NCBI GenBank assembly: GCA_014377625.1
Contig: JACMPG010000012.1
Span: 191 to 64,190 of the forward strand
Origin: Spirosoma sp.
GTDB taxonomy: Bacteria > Bacteroidota > Bacteroidia > Cytophagales > Spirosomataceae
Reading direction: 5' to 3'
DNA length: 64,000 nucleotides
Within the stretch, counting starts at the first letter, position 1; the number at the start of each line of letters is the position of its first letter. Shown piece after piece: positions 48,990 to 58,674 of the stretch. The notes beneath the pieces were generated by a model. It made no database searches. It had not been told where the DNA came from and was given only the letters and a program-made list of their open reading frames with translations. The position numbers were made by a program, and so were the translations under genes.

Positions 48990-49435
48990 CAATGACTTCT
49001 CGCCATGAGTTTCACGCCAGTGTAACGCAGATGCAGTACAATCCGGCAGAGCGGGCGTTTGAGATCAGTATTCGCGTTTTTACAGACGATCTGGAACGCG
49101 GCCTGTCGGCTGCGTCGGGTACGAAGATCAGTCTGGAGAAGGGGAAACAGGACGCACTGATGGAGAAATATGTTCGGTCACATTTTGGGTATATAAACGC
49201 GCAGAAGCAGCCAAAACCAGTCAAGTATGTCGGGTACGAGACTGAAGCAGATGCCCAATGGATTTACCTTGAGATGCCTTATTCAGAGCCATTTTCTGGC
49301 GGTACTATGCGGCAAACTATCTTAACAGAACTGTTTGACGATCAGGTGAATATGGTTAACATAAAGTACCAAAATCAAAAGAAGACCTTCGTTTTTCGGA
49401 AGAACCAGACCGTTCAGGAAATTTCGCTTCAATAA
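48935..49435 (+). CDS. DUF6702-like secreted protein
   Basis: HEFHAS, RVFTDDLE, LTELFDDQVNMV; start uncertain (TTG 48935 gives a signal peptide). Confidence 0.7.
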   Translation: MFWRVISVFSLVPLFLCVSMTSRHEFHASVTQMQYNPAERAFEISIRVFTDDLERGLSAASGTKISLEKGKQDALMEKYVRSHFGYINAQKQPKPVKYVGYETEADAQWIYLEMPYSEPFSGGTMRQTILTELFDDQVNMVNIKYQNQKKTFVFRKNQTVQEISLQ

Positions 49436-49615
49436 TTGGCGTGCATTAGCTGAGCCGTCCTTTAGATAGTTATTTTGCGGTATGTACCATTTTGGGTGCC
49501 GAATCGTCAGAAGGTGAAGGTATTGGCATAGCTATTGCCGCTGTTTACAATCTTACTTTCCCGCTGGGTACCCACCCAATTCTATTTTGATTGCTGTCAG
49601 ATTGGCAGTGTAGAT

Positions 49616-52120
49616 ATGATTTCAAACCAGGAATTAGCAACTCGTTTATTATTGGCCGATTTTGATTCGGATAATCTTGAAATAGTACCCCTCGGCTCGC
49701 CCGAAGGGATAGAAGAAGACTATGATTTACCGGCAAATCTGCCCGTTTTACCAGTACGCAATACGGTTTTGTTTCCCGGCATGGTCATTCCCGTGACGGT
49801 AGGACGCGCCAAGTCAATTCGTCTGGTCAAAAAAGCGTACAAAGGCAATCGCATCATTGGCGTTACGGCGCAGTTGAATCAACAAAAAGACGAACCTACC
49901 CCCGACGATTTGTACCGTATCGGAACTATAGCGTACATCATCAAAATGATTACGCTGCCCGACGGCAATATCACCATCATTATTCAGGGTAAAAAAAGGT
50001 TCGAGATTGAGAAATTCACGCAGGAAGACCCGTACCTGACAGCTCAGGTGAAGCAGATTGACGACAACTTTCCGAATGTAAAGCGGAAGGAAGGCAAAGC
50101 ATTACTTCAGTCGCTGAAAGACGCGGCCTATAAGATTTTACGGCTCAACCCCGAAATCCCGCAGGAAGCCCGCATCGCTCTCGACAACATCGAAAGTCCG
50201 ACTTTCTTGCTGCACTTCCTGTCATCTAACCTGAATGCCGATGTAGCCGACAAGCAGCGACTGCTTGAGACCATTGACGGTAGTCAGCAGGCCAACGTCC
50301 TGCTCGAATACATGCTGCGAGAAGTGCAGCTGCTGGAGTTGAAGCGTGAAATCCAGTCCAAAGCGTCGTCAGATCTTGATCAGCAGCAACGCGATTACTA
50401 TCTGCGACAGCAGATGAAGGTCTTGCAGGACGAACTTGGTATTGACAATCCTGACCATGAGATTGACGAGTTGCGGATGAAGGCCGATAAGAAAAAATGG
50501 CCTGCCGACGTACGCACCCATCTCGACAAGGAACTTAATAAGTTACAGCGTACCAACCCAATGGCCCCGGAATATCCCATCACGATGAACTACATCGAGC
50601 TGATGGTTGAGCTACCCTGGGGTGAGTACACAAAAGACAACTTTGACCTGAAACGCGCCGAAAAAATTCTTGATGCCGACCATTTTGGGCTGGAAAAAGT
50701 AAAGGAACGTATCATTGAGTATCTGGCCGTTCTGAAACTGAAGAACGACATGAAGGCTCCCATCCTGTGTTTGTACGGCCCACCGGGCGTCGGTAAAACA
50801 TCGCTGGGGAAGTCCGTTGCCAAAGCACTGGGGCGCAAATACAGCCGAATGGCCTTAGGTGGCGTTCACGATGAAGCCGAAATTCGGGGCCACCGCAAGA
50901 CGTACATCGGGGCCATGCCGGGCAAGATTATACAAAACATCCGTAAGGTTGGAACGGCTAATCCGGTATTTATCCTCGACGAAATAGACAAAGTAAGCAG
51001 CGACTTCCGGGGCGACCCGTCGTCGGCGTTGCTGGAGGTGCTGGATCCGGAGCAGAACAGTACGTTCATGGACAATTACCTCGACACGGAATTTGATTTG
51101 TCGCGGGTACTGTTCATTGCTACCGCCAATTCGCTCGATACCATCCACCCCGCCCTGCGCGACCGGATGGAAATTATCGACATTGCGGGCTACACGGTAG
51201 AGGAGAAGCTACAGATTGCCAAAAAGTACCTGATTCCGAAGCAACGTAAAGATCACGGCCTGAAAACCAAAGACCTGAGTATTGACGATAAAGCGCTTCT
51301 GCGCATTATCGAGGGTTATACCCGCGAATCGGGCGTGAGGAATCTGGAACAGAAGATTGGTGCGCTGGTCAGGAAAGTGGCGAAATCCATCGCGATGGAG
51401 GAACCGTACAACCATACGGTCAGGGTAGCGGACATTCCCAGAATGCTCGGCGCCGAAATCTTCGACAAGGAACTCTACGCCGACGACGATATTGCCGGGA
51501 TTGTGACGGGACTGGCCTGGACACAGGTAGGGGGAGAAATTTTGCTGATTGAAAGCAGCCTGAGCCGGGGTAAAGGCGTATTAACGCTGTCGGGACAACT
51601 GGGCGATGTGATGAAAGAGTCGGCCATTACGGCCCTCTCCTATCTCAAAGCCCACGCCGAGGATCTTGATATCGACTATCGGGTGTTCAGTAATTACGAT
51701 CTGCACATCCACATTCCGGCGGGTGCGGTACCGAAAGACGGGCCATCGGCGGGTATTACGATGCTGACGTCGATGACCTCGATTTACACCCAGCGTAAAG
51801 TGAAACCGTATATGGCCATGACCGGCGAGATTACGCTTCGGGGCAAGGTACTGCCGGTTGGGGGCATCAAAGAAAAGATTCTGGCGGCAAACCGGGCGGG
51901 CGTTAAAGAGATCATCCTCTGCTCGAAAAACCGAAAAGACATCGAAGAAATCAATCAGACATACATCAAAGAACTTACGTTTCACTACGTCGATACGGTA
52001 AGTCAGGTGCTGGAGGTTGCGTTGCTGCCCAGTCAGGTGGGTAAGCCAATGAAGTTTATCCTGCCCGATGATGATTCGGCAAGTCGCAAAGAAGCCCGCG
52101 AACTTGAAAAAGCCTACTAA
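49616..52120 (+). CDS. lon: Lon protease
   Basis: [42 protein letters not shown]. Confidence 0.98.
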   Translation: MISNQELATRLLLADFDSDNLEIVPLGSPEGIEEDYDLPANLPVLPVRNTVLFPGMVIPVTVGRAKSIRLVKKAYKGNRIIGVTAQLNQQKDEPTPDDLYRIGTIAYIIKMITLPDGNITIIIQGKKRFEIEKFTQEDPYLTAQVKQIDDNFPNVKRKEGKALLQSLKDAAYKILRLNPEIPQEARIALDNIESPTFLLHFLSSNLNADVADKQRLLETIDGSQQANVLLEYMLREVQLLELKREIQSKASSDLDQQQRDYYLRQQMKVLQDELGIDNPDHEIDELRMKADKKKWPADVRTHLDKELNKLQRTNPMAPEYPITMNYIELMVELPWGEYTKDNFDLKRAEKILDADHFGLEKVKERIIEYLAVLKLKNDMKAPILCLYGPPGVGKTSLGKSVAKALGRKYSRMALGGVHDEAEIRGHRKTYIGAMPGKIIQNIRKVGTANPVFILDEIDKVSSDFRGDPSSALLEVLDPEQNSTFMDNYLDTEFDLSRVLFIATANSLDTIHPALRDRMEIIDIAGYTVEEKLQIAKKYLIPKQRKDHGLKTKDLSIDDKALLRIIEGYTRESGVRNLEQKIGALVRKVAKSIAMEEPYNHTVRVADIPRMLGAEIFDKELYADDDIAGIVTGLAWTQVGGEILLIESSLSRGKGVLTLSGQLGDVMKESAITALSYLKAHAEDLDIDYRVFSNYDLHIHIPAGAVPKDGPSAGITMLTSMTSIYTQRKVKPYMAMTGEITLRGKVLPVGGIKEKILAANRAGVKEIILCSKNRKDIEEINQTYIKELTFHYVDTVSQVLEVALLPSQVGKPMKFILPDDDSASRKEARELEKAY

Positions 52121-52143
52121 CAGAGATCTATTGATTTTGACAG

Positions 52144-52173
52144 GAACCGCACCGACCCAGTCCGTGCGGTTCT
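52144..52173 (+). terminator. Hairpin after lon
   Basis: gaaccgcac...gtgcggttc. Confidence 0.45.
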
Positions 52174-52185
52174 TATCTTTACCGG

Positions 52186-53430
52186 GTGTCTGATTTCCTC
52201 AAACTTGCCACCGATTATCAGAATGCTCTGATAAGGCAGATTATCCCATTTTGGTTAAAAAACAGCCGTGATGAACGTTGTGGCGGCTATTTCGATTACC
52301 TGTCGGCATTGGGCGAGGTGATTGAGGGCGACAAGACTATTGCTACGCAGGCGCAACAGACCGCGGTTTTTGCCTGGCTTTACAAACACACCGACAATCA
52401 ATCTGCTTACCTCGAACACGCCCGGCACGGCGGTGCCTTTCTGCGGCAGTTTGCGCAGGAACCATCGTTCAACGGCTACGCTGAAGTTGACCGGAGGGGT
52501 CGTCCCGTAACTCCATCCGTGAATAGGATGGGTGATTGCTACATGGTTATAGCCTACGCCAACCTGCACCGTGCTACGGACGAATCCGATTTGGCGACAC
52601 TGGCCATGCAAACGTTCGACGCGCTTTGCCAACGCCGGAACGAAAGTAGGGATGAGCAACAGCGGATCAGTGGGTTTCGGCAGGTACGTCATCTTGGCGA
52701 AGCAGTCGCCTTTTTACAGGTAGTCCTGGCCATACACCCGCTATTGGAGGCCGAACGGGCACGAGAGTTGGCAGAAGAGGCCAGGCACGAACTCCTTCAC
52801 GAATTTCTGGATCGCCGTACCGATACGCTCCGCGAGTTTGTTCTGCCCGGCGGTGCCTTTCTGAACACGCCGGAAGGTCGTAGGCAACATGTAGGACTAA
52901 CGTTCCGGACCGTGAGCGCGTTACTCGACGTATGCGCCGAACCTGATCTGACAAAATCCGGTACGGGCCGGGCTGCCAATCGGAAACTAATAACCCAGGT
53001 AACGACCTGGGCTTTGCAGGTTTGCGAACGGGCCTGGGACAAGTCGGCGGGTGGCCTGATTCAGTATATCGACCTGAAAGATCAGCCGTCTGTGTTCCCG
53101 GATGCTACGCAAAAATGGGCCTGGGTACAGCTAGAAGCGATTCTGGCTCTGGCAAAAAGCTACCGGCAAACGCAGCAACCCGCCTGCCTAACGTGGCTTG
53201 AACGTATTCATAAATCTGTTTTTCAGCACTTTCCCGATTTGAAACACGCAGCCTGGCACGTAGCACTCGACCAAAAGAACCAGCCGCTGGTATCGGCTAA
53301 AGCGATGCCAGAGGCTGAATCCTTCGCCTGTATGCGGGCAATGGCTGAAACAGCAGAAATTTTACGCAACCTTTCTGCTAATGCCGACAGAACAAAGCCG
53401 GGCCGTACTACCGCTGATACTGCTCGATAG
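52186..53430 (+). CDS. AGE (N-acylglucosamine 2-epimerase) fold protein with degenerate active site
   Basis: IIPFWLKNS.D..GGYF, HG..FL, EGR, D..GG, QKW.W; usual catalytic His/Arg positions appear replaced. Confidence 0.75.
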   Translation: MSDFLKLATDYQNALIRQIIPFWLKNSRDERCGGYFDYLSALGEVIEGDKTIATQAQQTAVFAWLYKHTDNQSAYLEHARHGGAFLRQFAQEPSFNGYAEVDRRGRPVTPSVNRMGDCYMVIAYANLHRATDESDLATLAMQTFDALCQRRNESRDEQQRISGFRQVRHLGEAVAFLQVVLAIHPLLEAERARELAEEARHELLHEFLDRRTDTLREFVLPGGAFLNTPEGRRQHVGLTFRTVSALLDVCAEPDLTKSGTGRAANRKLITQVTTWALQVCERAWDKSAGGLIQYIDLKDQPSVFPDATQKWAWVQLEAILALAKSYRQTQQPACLTWLERIHKSVFQHFPDLKHAAWHVALDQKNQPLVSAKAMPEAESFACMRAMAETAEILRNLSANADRTKPGRTTADTAR

Positions 53431-54208
53431 CGGCCCGAATACCGCCATGTTTGGCTAACAATTCTTCAGCAGCAGCATAATCCACGCCCGTTTCGGCCAT
53501 GACCATTTTGGCGGCCCGATCTTTCAGCTTTACGTTGGAAAGCTGCATATCAACCATTTTATTGCCTTTGACGTGACCAAGCTGAATCATGGCTGAAGTA
53601 GAAATCATGTTCAGCACAAGTTTCTGGGCCGTGCCGGACTTCATGCGTGTACTGCCCGTAACAAACTCCGGTCCAACAACTACCTCAACCGGAAACTCAG
53701 CCGCTGCCGCCACCGCCGAGCCTTCGTTACAGACAATACAACCCGTCAATAAACCAGCTTTGTGAGCCTGTTGTAACCCACCAATCACATAGGGCGTCCG
53801 GCCCGATGCCGCAATACCAATAACGGTGTCGAATGGGCCGGGCTGGTGCGGTCTCATGTCCTCCCATGCCTGTTCAGGATCATCTTCCGCATGTTCGACC
53901 GATTTTCGGATGGCTCCGTCGCCCCCGGCAATTAGGCCCACGACCAGATCGGGCGAAACACCGTACGTAGGTGGACATTCCGACGCATCGACCACGCCCA
54001 GCCGACCGCTGGTTCCGGCTCCGATGTAAAACAGCCTGCCTCCTTCCTTCATACGTTCTACAAGCTGGGTAACCAACCTTTCTATTTGTGGAATGACGCG
54101 TTCAACGGCCAGCGGTACAGTCTGGTCTTCGCGGTTAATATTCGTGAGCAGTTCGTTTATCGACATCTGCTCCAGATGATCGTAGTTCGAGGGTGTTTCA
54201 GTTGTCAT
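53408..54208 (-). CDS. murQ: N-acetylmuramic acid 6-phosphate etherase
   Basis: GAGTSGRLG..DASECPPT, AEDD, ASGRTPY, GPEFVTGSTRMK.GTAQK. Confidence 0.96.
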   Translation of the reverse strand: MTTETPSNYDHLEQMSINELLTNINREDQTVPLAVERVIPQIERLVTQLVERMKEGGRLFYIGAGTSGRLGVVDASECPPTYGVSPDLVVGLIAGGDGAIRKSVEHAEDDPEQAWEDMRPHQPGPFDTVIGIAASGRTPYVIGGLQQAHKAGLLTGCIVCNEGSAVAAAAEFPVEVVVGPEFVTGSTRMKSGTAQKLVLNMISTSAMIQLGHVKGNKMVDMQLSNVKLKDRAAKMVMAETGVDYAAAEELLAKHGGIRAAIEQYQR

Positions 54209-54222
54209 GGTCGCAAAAGTAA

Positions 54223-54251
54223 GAAGCTGCCCGAAATACTTCGGGCAGCTT
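54223..54251 (-). terminator. Hairpin between 54282 gene and murQ
   Basis: aagctgcccgaa-atac-ttcgggcagctt. Confidence 0.6.
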
Positions 54252-54281
54252 CGGCAATAAAGTATGGAACGGTATTACAGA

Positions 54282-55262
54282 CTATTTCTTCACCTGTTTC
54301 AGTTCGTTTACCTGCTTTTGCAGATCGATCACGTATAGGGTCAGCTCTTCCACTTTTTCGAGCAGTTTAGCGTTCATCTGCACCAGATCGACGCCGTTTT
54401 TAACCACCTCTTCGGCAGACGGCACACCGGGCAAATGCTTGTTGGCATTCACGAACTGCGCTACTTCACTGAGAGGGCGCAGTTTATACGAAGGGGCAAA
54501 TACACGGTCAGCCCAGTCATTGGGCTGATTGATACGAATCCGGTACGTGGCCAGCACCACTTCGCCTTTATCATTTACGCTCAGGAAGCGGTCGGTGCTG
54601 GCCGTAGCGGGGCTTTGATCGTTCAATTTACCGAAGCGCATACCGCTCTGATCGGGCTGATCGGCCACTATGTCAAGCTTGGCCACTGGCGATGAGGTAC
54701 CGATACCTACGTTGGCGTTGTTGCCCAGCACAATGGCGTTGTTGGTCAGCACACGGGCATTGGCTCCGATGGCCGTTGCGTTCTGGAGTCCTACGCCAAT
54801 TGCCGAAGCATTGGCACCGAGCAGCGTATTATCATTTCCGTCAGTGGTATTGAATCCAGCACCCGTTCCCAGAATCGTGTTGCGCTGGCCGTTCTGGTTA
54901 CCACGCCCGGCGTTATACCCAATAAACACGTTATCGCTGCCATCGATATTCAGCTTACCGGCCTCGTAGCCTACCAGCGTGTTATTACTACCGCTGGTGT
55001 TCGGAAAACCGGCTTTGTAGCCGTAGTACGTATTATAGGAACCGATGGTGTTACCCTGCCCCGATTGGCTACCCATGAACGTATTGAACGTACCGCCAAT
55101 AACTGCACTCGTGCTTTGACCGATAAACAGGTTGTTAGTGCCGTTGGTAGATTGTATGCTGACAACCTGATTATCTGGCGTCACGATTTGACTCTGCGCA
55201 AATAGAGAGCCAACAGCACTGCTCAGGCACAGTGTGAAGAAAGAAGTATGCAGGTGTTTCAT
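54282..55262 (-). CDS. Secreted trimeric fibre/adhesin-like protein with Asn-Gly repeats and C-terminal coiled coil
   Basis: Signal peptide; ~14-aa N.F.G..AG repeats; VGIGT; WADRVF..Y.L..L.EV..F...HLPGVPSA; [11 protein letters not shown]. Confidence 0.7.
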   Translation of the reverse strand: MKHLHTSFFTLCLSSAVGSLFAQSQIVTPDNQVVSIQSTNGTNNLFIGQSTSAVIGGTFNTFMGSQSGQGNTIGSYNTYYGYKAGFPNTSGSNNTLVGYEAGKLNIDGSDNVFIGYNAGRGNQNGQRNTILGTGAGFNTTDGNDNTLLGANASAIGVGLQNATAIGANARVLTNNAIVLGNNANVGIGTSSPVAKLDIVADQPDQSGMRFGKLNDQSPATASTDRFLSVNDKGEVVLATYRIRINQPNDWADRVFAPSYKLRPLSEVAQFVNANKHLPGVPSAEEVVKNGVDLVQMNAKLLEKVEELTLYVIDLQKQVNELKQVKK

Positions 55263-55466
55263 GGTATGATTTTGCAAAGGCTTCTGATTGAGAATGAAAT
55301 ATACGGGTATACAGCTTACTGCCAACAAAATAAGAGGTTCACTTTAGCGAACGTAGACCAGATTGGCAAACCCCCGGCTGTCAAATTACTGATCACTACT
55401 TTGATTTTGAAAAATACATTACGTTCTTTACAGCGTTATTACGCAATCAGCGAAATTTCGCTAAAT

Positions 55467-57167
55467 ATGATTTCTGAGCAAAAGACCACCGCCCTGAACC
55501 GATTCAGCCAGACGCTTACCCAGCAGATGGACAACCCAGCCGCCAAAGCCATGCTCTATGGCGTAGGCCTGACCGAAGCCGACATGCAAAAGCCACAAAT
55601 TGGCATCGCCAGTACCGGCTACGAAGGCAATACCTGTAACATGCACCTCAACGGCCTGTCGGTTTATGTGAAGCAGGGCATTCAGGCCAGTGGCCTGATT
55701 GGGCTGATCTTCAACACCATTGGTGTGTCAGACGGAATGACCAATGGTAATGACGGAATGCGTTATTCGTTGCCCAGCCGCGATTTGATTGCCGACAGCA
55801 TCGAATCGGTCGTGATGGCGCAGTGGTACGATGGCGTAGTAACGGTAGTTGGTTGCGACAAGAATATGCCCGGCGCAATCATGGCCATGGCCCGGCTCAA
55901 CCGACCCAGTATCATGGTTTATGGCGGTACCATTCGCTCCGGCCATTATAAAGGCCAGAAACTCGACATCGTATCAGCTTTTGAAGCCCTCGGCAAAAAA
56001 TACGCCAATACCATCTCCGACGAAGATTACGAAGGCGTCATCCGCAACTCCATTCCCGGCGCTGGGGCCTGTGGCGGCATGTACACAGCCAATACAATGG
56101 CCAGCAGTATTGAAGCGATGGGGCTGAGTTTGCCCTTTAGCAGCAGTTACCCCGCCACGCACGAAGGCAAGCAGGAAGAATGCAAAAAAATTGGCGCGGC
56201 CATGCACCTACTGCTCGAACGTAACATTACCCCCGCCGACATCATCAGCCGCAAGTCCATAGAAAACGCGCTTACAATCGTCATGGCCCTCGGCGGCTCG
56301 ACCAATGCGGTGCTCCATTATCTGGCCATTGCGCGGGCTGCCGGTATCGAGTTAACGCTCGATGAGATTCAGGAAATCAGTGACCGGGTTCCGCTTTTGG
56401 CCGATTTGAAGCCGAGCGGCAAGTATTACATGGAAGACATGCTGGCCATTGGGGGTGTTCCGGCGGTGACGAAATACCTCTGGCAGCACGGTATGATTCA
56501 TGGTGACTGCATGACCGTAACGGGCCGTACCGTAGCCGAAAACCTCGCCGATGCACCCGACCTGGATTTCGACGCCCAAAAAATTGTGTTTCCGCTGGAT
56601 CAGGCCATCAAGAAAACAGGACACATTCAGATTCTGCGCGGCAACCTCGCCCCAACGGGTTCGGTAGCGAAGATTACCGGCAAAGAAGGCGAACGTTTTG
56701 AAGGTATCGCCAAAGTCTGCGAACACGAAAGCGAAGTGGTTGAAGCCCTCTCCAAAGGTGAAATTCTGCCCGGTCAGGTTCTGGTTATTCGGAACAGCGG
56801 ACCAAAAGGTGGGCCGGGCATGAGCGAAATGTTGAAACCAACCTCGGCCATTATGGGTGCGGGACTCGGCGATAAAGTAGCCCTGATTACTGACGGACGT
56901 TTTTCGGGCGGTACGCACGGCTTCGTGGTAGGCCACGTAACGCCCGAAGCCTTCGACGGCGGACCGATTGCACTCGTCCAGAACGGCGACCGCATCACCC
57001 TCGACGCCATAGGCCGCGAACTGACATTACATATCTCTGACGAAGAAATGGCCGACCGCCGAAGCCGCTGGGTACAGCCTGAACCGCTCTTCACCAAAGG
57101 TGTATTGGGCAAATACATCCGCAACGTCAAAAGCGCGAGCGAAGGCTGCGTAACGGATGAAGGATGA
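55467..57167 (+). CDS. ilvD: Dihydroxy-acid dehydratase
   Basis: [45 protein letters not shown]. Confidence 0.97.
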   Translation: MISEQKTTALNRFSQTLTQQMDNPAAKAMLYGVGLTEADMQKPQIGIASTGYEGNTCNMHLNGLSVYVKQGIQASGLIGLIFNTIGVSDGMTNGNDGMRYSLPSRDLIADSIESVVMAQWYDGVVTVVGCDKNMPGAIMAMARLNRPSIMVYGGTIRSGHYKGQKLDIVSAFEALGKKYANTISDEDYEGVIRNSIPGAGACGGMYTANTMASSIEAMGLSLPFSSSYPATHEGKQEECKKIGAAMHLLLERNITPADIISRKSIENALTIVMALGGSTNAVLHYLAIARAAGIELTLDEIQEISDRVPLLADLKPSGKYYMEDMLAIGGVPAVTKYLWQHGMIHGDCMTVTGRTVAENLADAPDLDFDAQKIVFPLDQAIKKTGHIQILRGNLAPTGSVAKITGKEGERFEGIAKVCEHESEVVEALSKGEILPGQVLVIRNSGPKGGPGMSEMLKPTSAIMGAGLGDKVALITDGRFSGGTHGFVVGHVTPEAFDGGPIALVQNGDRITLDAIGRELTLHISDEEMADRRSRWVQPEPLFTKGVLGKYIRNVKSASEGCVTDEG

Positions 57168-57179
57168 ATAAACAATAGT

Positions 57180-57401
57180 ATGGCAACGACAGAACTGAAC
57201 GAACTCAAATCACTAATCCCGTATATGCTGAAACACAAAAACTTGTGGTCGAGCTACAACGAGGAAGTTGATGTACTATACCTACACTTTAAAAAGCCAA
57301 ATCATGCAGACGATTCTGAACTGACTGATGACGATACAATTATTCGGTATGAAAATGGCGAGGTGGTAGGAATAACGATTCTGAACGCGAGTCAAAAGTA
57401 A
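57180..57401 (+). CDS. DUF2283 family protein (putative antitoxin, apparently orphan)
   Basis: YNEEVDVLYL.F, GEVVGITILNAS. Confidence 0.82.
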   Translation: MATTELNELKSLIPYMLKHKNLWSSYNEEVDVLYLHFKKPNHADDSELTDDDTIIRYENGEVVGITILNASQK

Positions 57402-57432
57402 AATGCCCAGATAAGTTCTGAAAACCTGACTT

Positions 57433-58011
57433 ATGTTCAGCGACGACGTTAAAAACCTGCCAGCAGGCTTTACTGAAATTCAGACGCTTAGTCAGGATAT
57501 CGGCTTTTCGATGCCATCCGATTTACAAACCGGCGCGTTGTTACAAACATTAATTGCGACAAAGCATAAAGCAACCGTTTTGGAAATCGGTACGGGAACC
57601 GGTCTGGCAACCGCCTGGATTCTGGCCGGAATGGACGCCGACTCAACGCTGATTTCGATTGACAATGAACCAACCTATCAGGCCGTAGCGAAACGAGTTT
57701 TGGGCCATGATTCACGTTTGCAACTGGTATGTACAGATGCTGGCGACTGGCTCGAAAACCAGACTGAGGTGTTTGACTTGATATTCGCCGATGCGTGGCC
57801 CGGCAAATATGCCAATCTCGACGCGGCCCTGAACGCATTGGCACTGGGTGGTATGTACGTTATTGACGATATGCTCCCCCAACCAAATTGGCCCGACGGA
57901 CACGGCGACAACGTCGATACGCTGGTTACAGACCTGGAGAACCGCTCCGATTTACAGTTGGTTAAGCTGGCCTGGTCAACGGGAATACTAATCGCAACGA
58001 AGCGGGGCTAA
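57433..58011 (+). CDS. SAM-dependent O-methyltransferase
   Basis: LEIGTGTG, FDLIFADAWPGK, GGMYVIDD. Confidence 0.88.
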   Translation: MFSDDVKNLPAGFTEIQTLSQDIGFSMPSDLQTGALLQTLIATKHKATVLEIGTGTGLATAWILAGMDADSTLISIDNEPTYQAVAKRVLGHDSRLQLVCTDAGDWLENQTEVFDLIFADAWPGKYANLDAALNALALGGMYVIDDMLPQPNWPDGHGDNVDTLVTDLENRSDLQLVKLAWSTGILIATKRG

Positions 58012-58024
58012 AAGCAACAAACAA

Positions 58025-58276
58025 ATGAACGTCATCGAACAAACTATCGAGCCAAAAAACGGAGCCATTGATCTGCACGTCGATGTACCCGCCGAATGGG
58101 AAGGATATGTACTAAAAGTGACCGTTGAGCGAACGGAAGCAAAAGTAGAAACTCCAAAAAAGACGAATATGAGCCGGTTTCGGGGCATGTTTAACGATAT
58201 GTCTGCTGAAGAAAAAGCGGATATGGACCAGCAATTAACCCAACTACGCAGCGAATGGGACCGGGATACCTTTTAG
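58025..58276 (+). CDS. Putative VapB-like antitoxin
   Basis: 83 aa, ends LRSEWDR, overlaps the PIN gene. Confidence 0.72.
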   Translation: MNVIEQTIEPKNGAIDLHVDVPAEWEGYVLKVTVERTEAKVETPKKTNMSRFRGMFNDMSAEEKADMDQQLTQLRSEWDRDTF

Positions 58277-58644
58277 ATACAAATGTGGTATCGAAGTATC
58301 TCAACGAAGAACTTCCTGCCTGGGCATTGCGCCTGTTAGATGAAGCGTTGCAGACAAACCCGGCTCGAATGTCGGTTATCAGTCGTATTGAGTTGTTGGT
58401 TTATAAACCTCTGCTGTACAGCAGAGAACAAGGCATTCAACAGTTTGTCAGCGAATCAGACGTTTTCGATTTGACCGAGCCAATCATACAGCAAACTGTT
58501 CGGTTGCGTCGGCACTACAAAAATGTCAAACTGCCCGATGCGGTAATTGCTGCTACGGCTATCATAAACGGATTTACGTTGCTTTCGACCAATGACCGGG
58601 ATTTTGAGAGAGTACAGGAATTGGCCTACCAAAGCCTGAATTGA
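58255..58644 (+). CDS. VapC/PIN-domain toxin
   Basis: YLLDTN, S.IEL, LPDAVIAATA, TND.DF. Confidence 0.92.
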   Translation: MGPGYLLDTNVVSKYLNEELPAWALRLLDEALQTNPARMSVISRIELLVYKPLLYSREQGIQQFVSESDVFDLTEPIIQQTVRLRRHYKNVKLPDAVIAATAIINGFTLLSTNDRDFERVQELAYQSLN

Positions 58645-58674
58645 TTCAACGAGAACCACAAATACATCAACAAC

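Noticed and set aside
55248-55466. Leu/Ile/Thr-rich stretch (KLLITTLIL) upstream of ilvD as an attenuator leader
   Set aside because: No separate start/stop and no terminator-antiterminator hairpins visible; probably AT-rich promoter DNA
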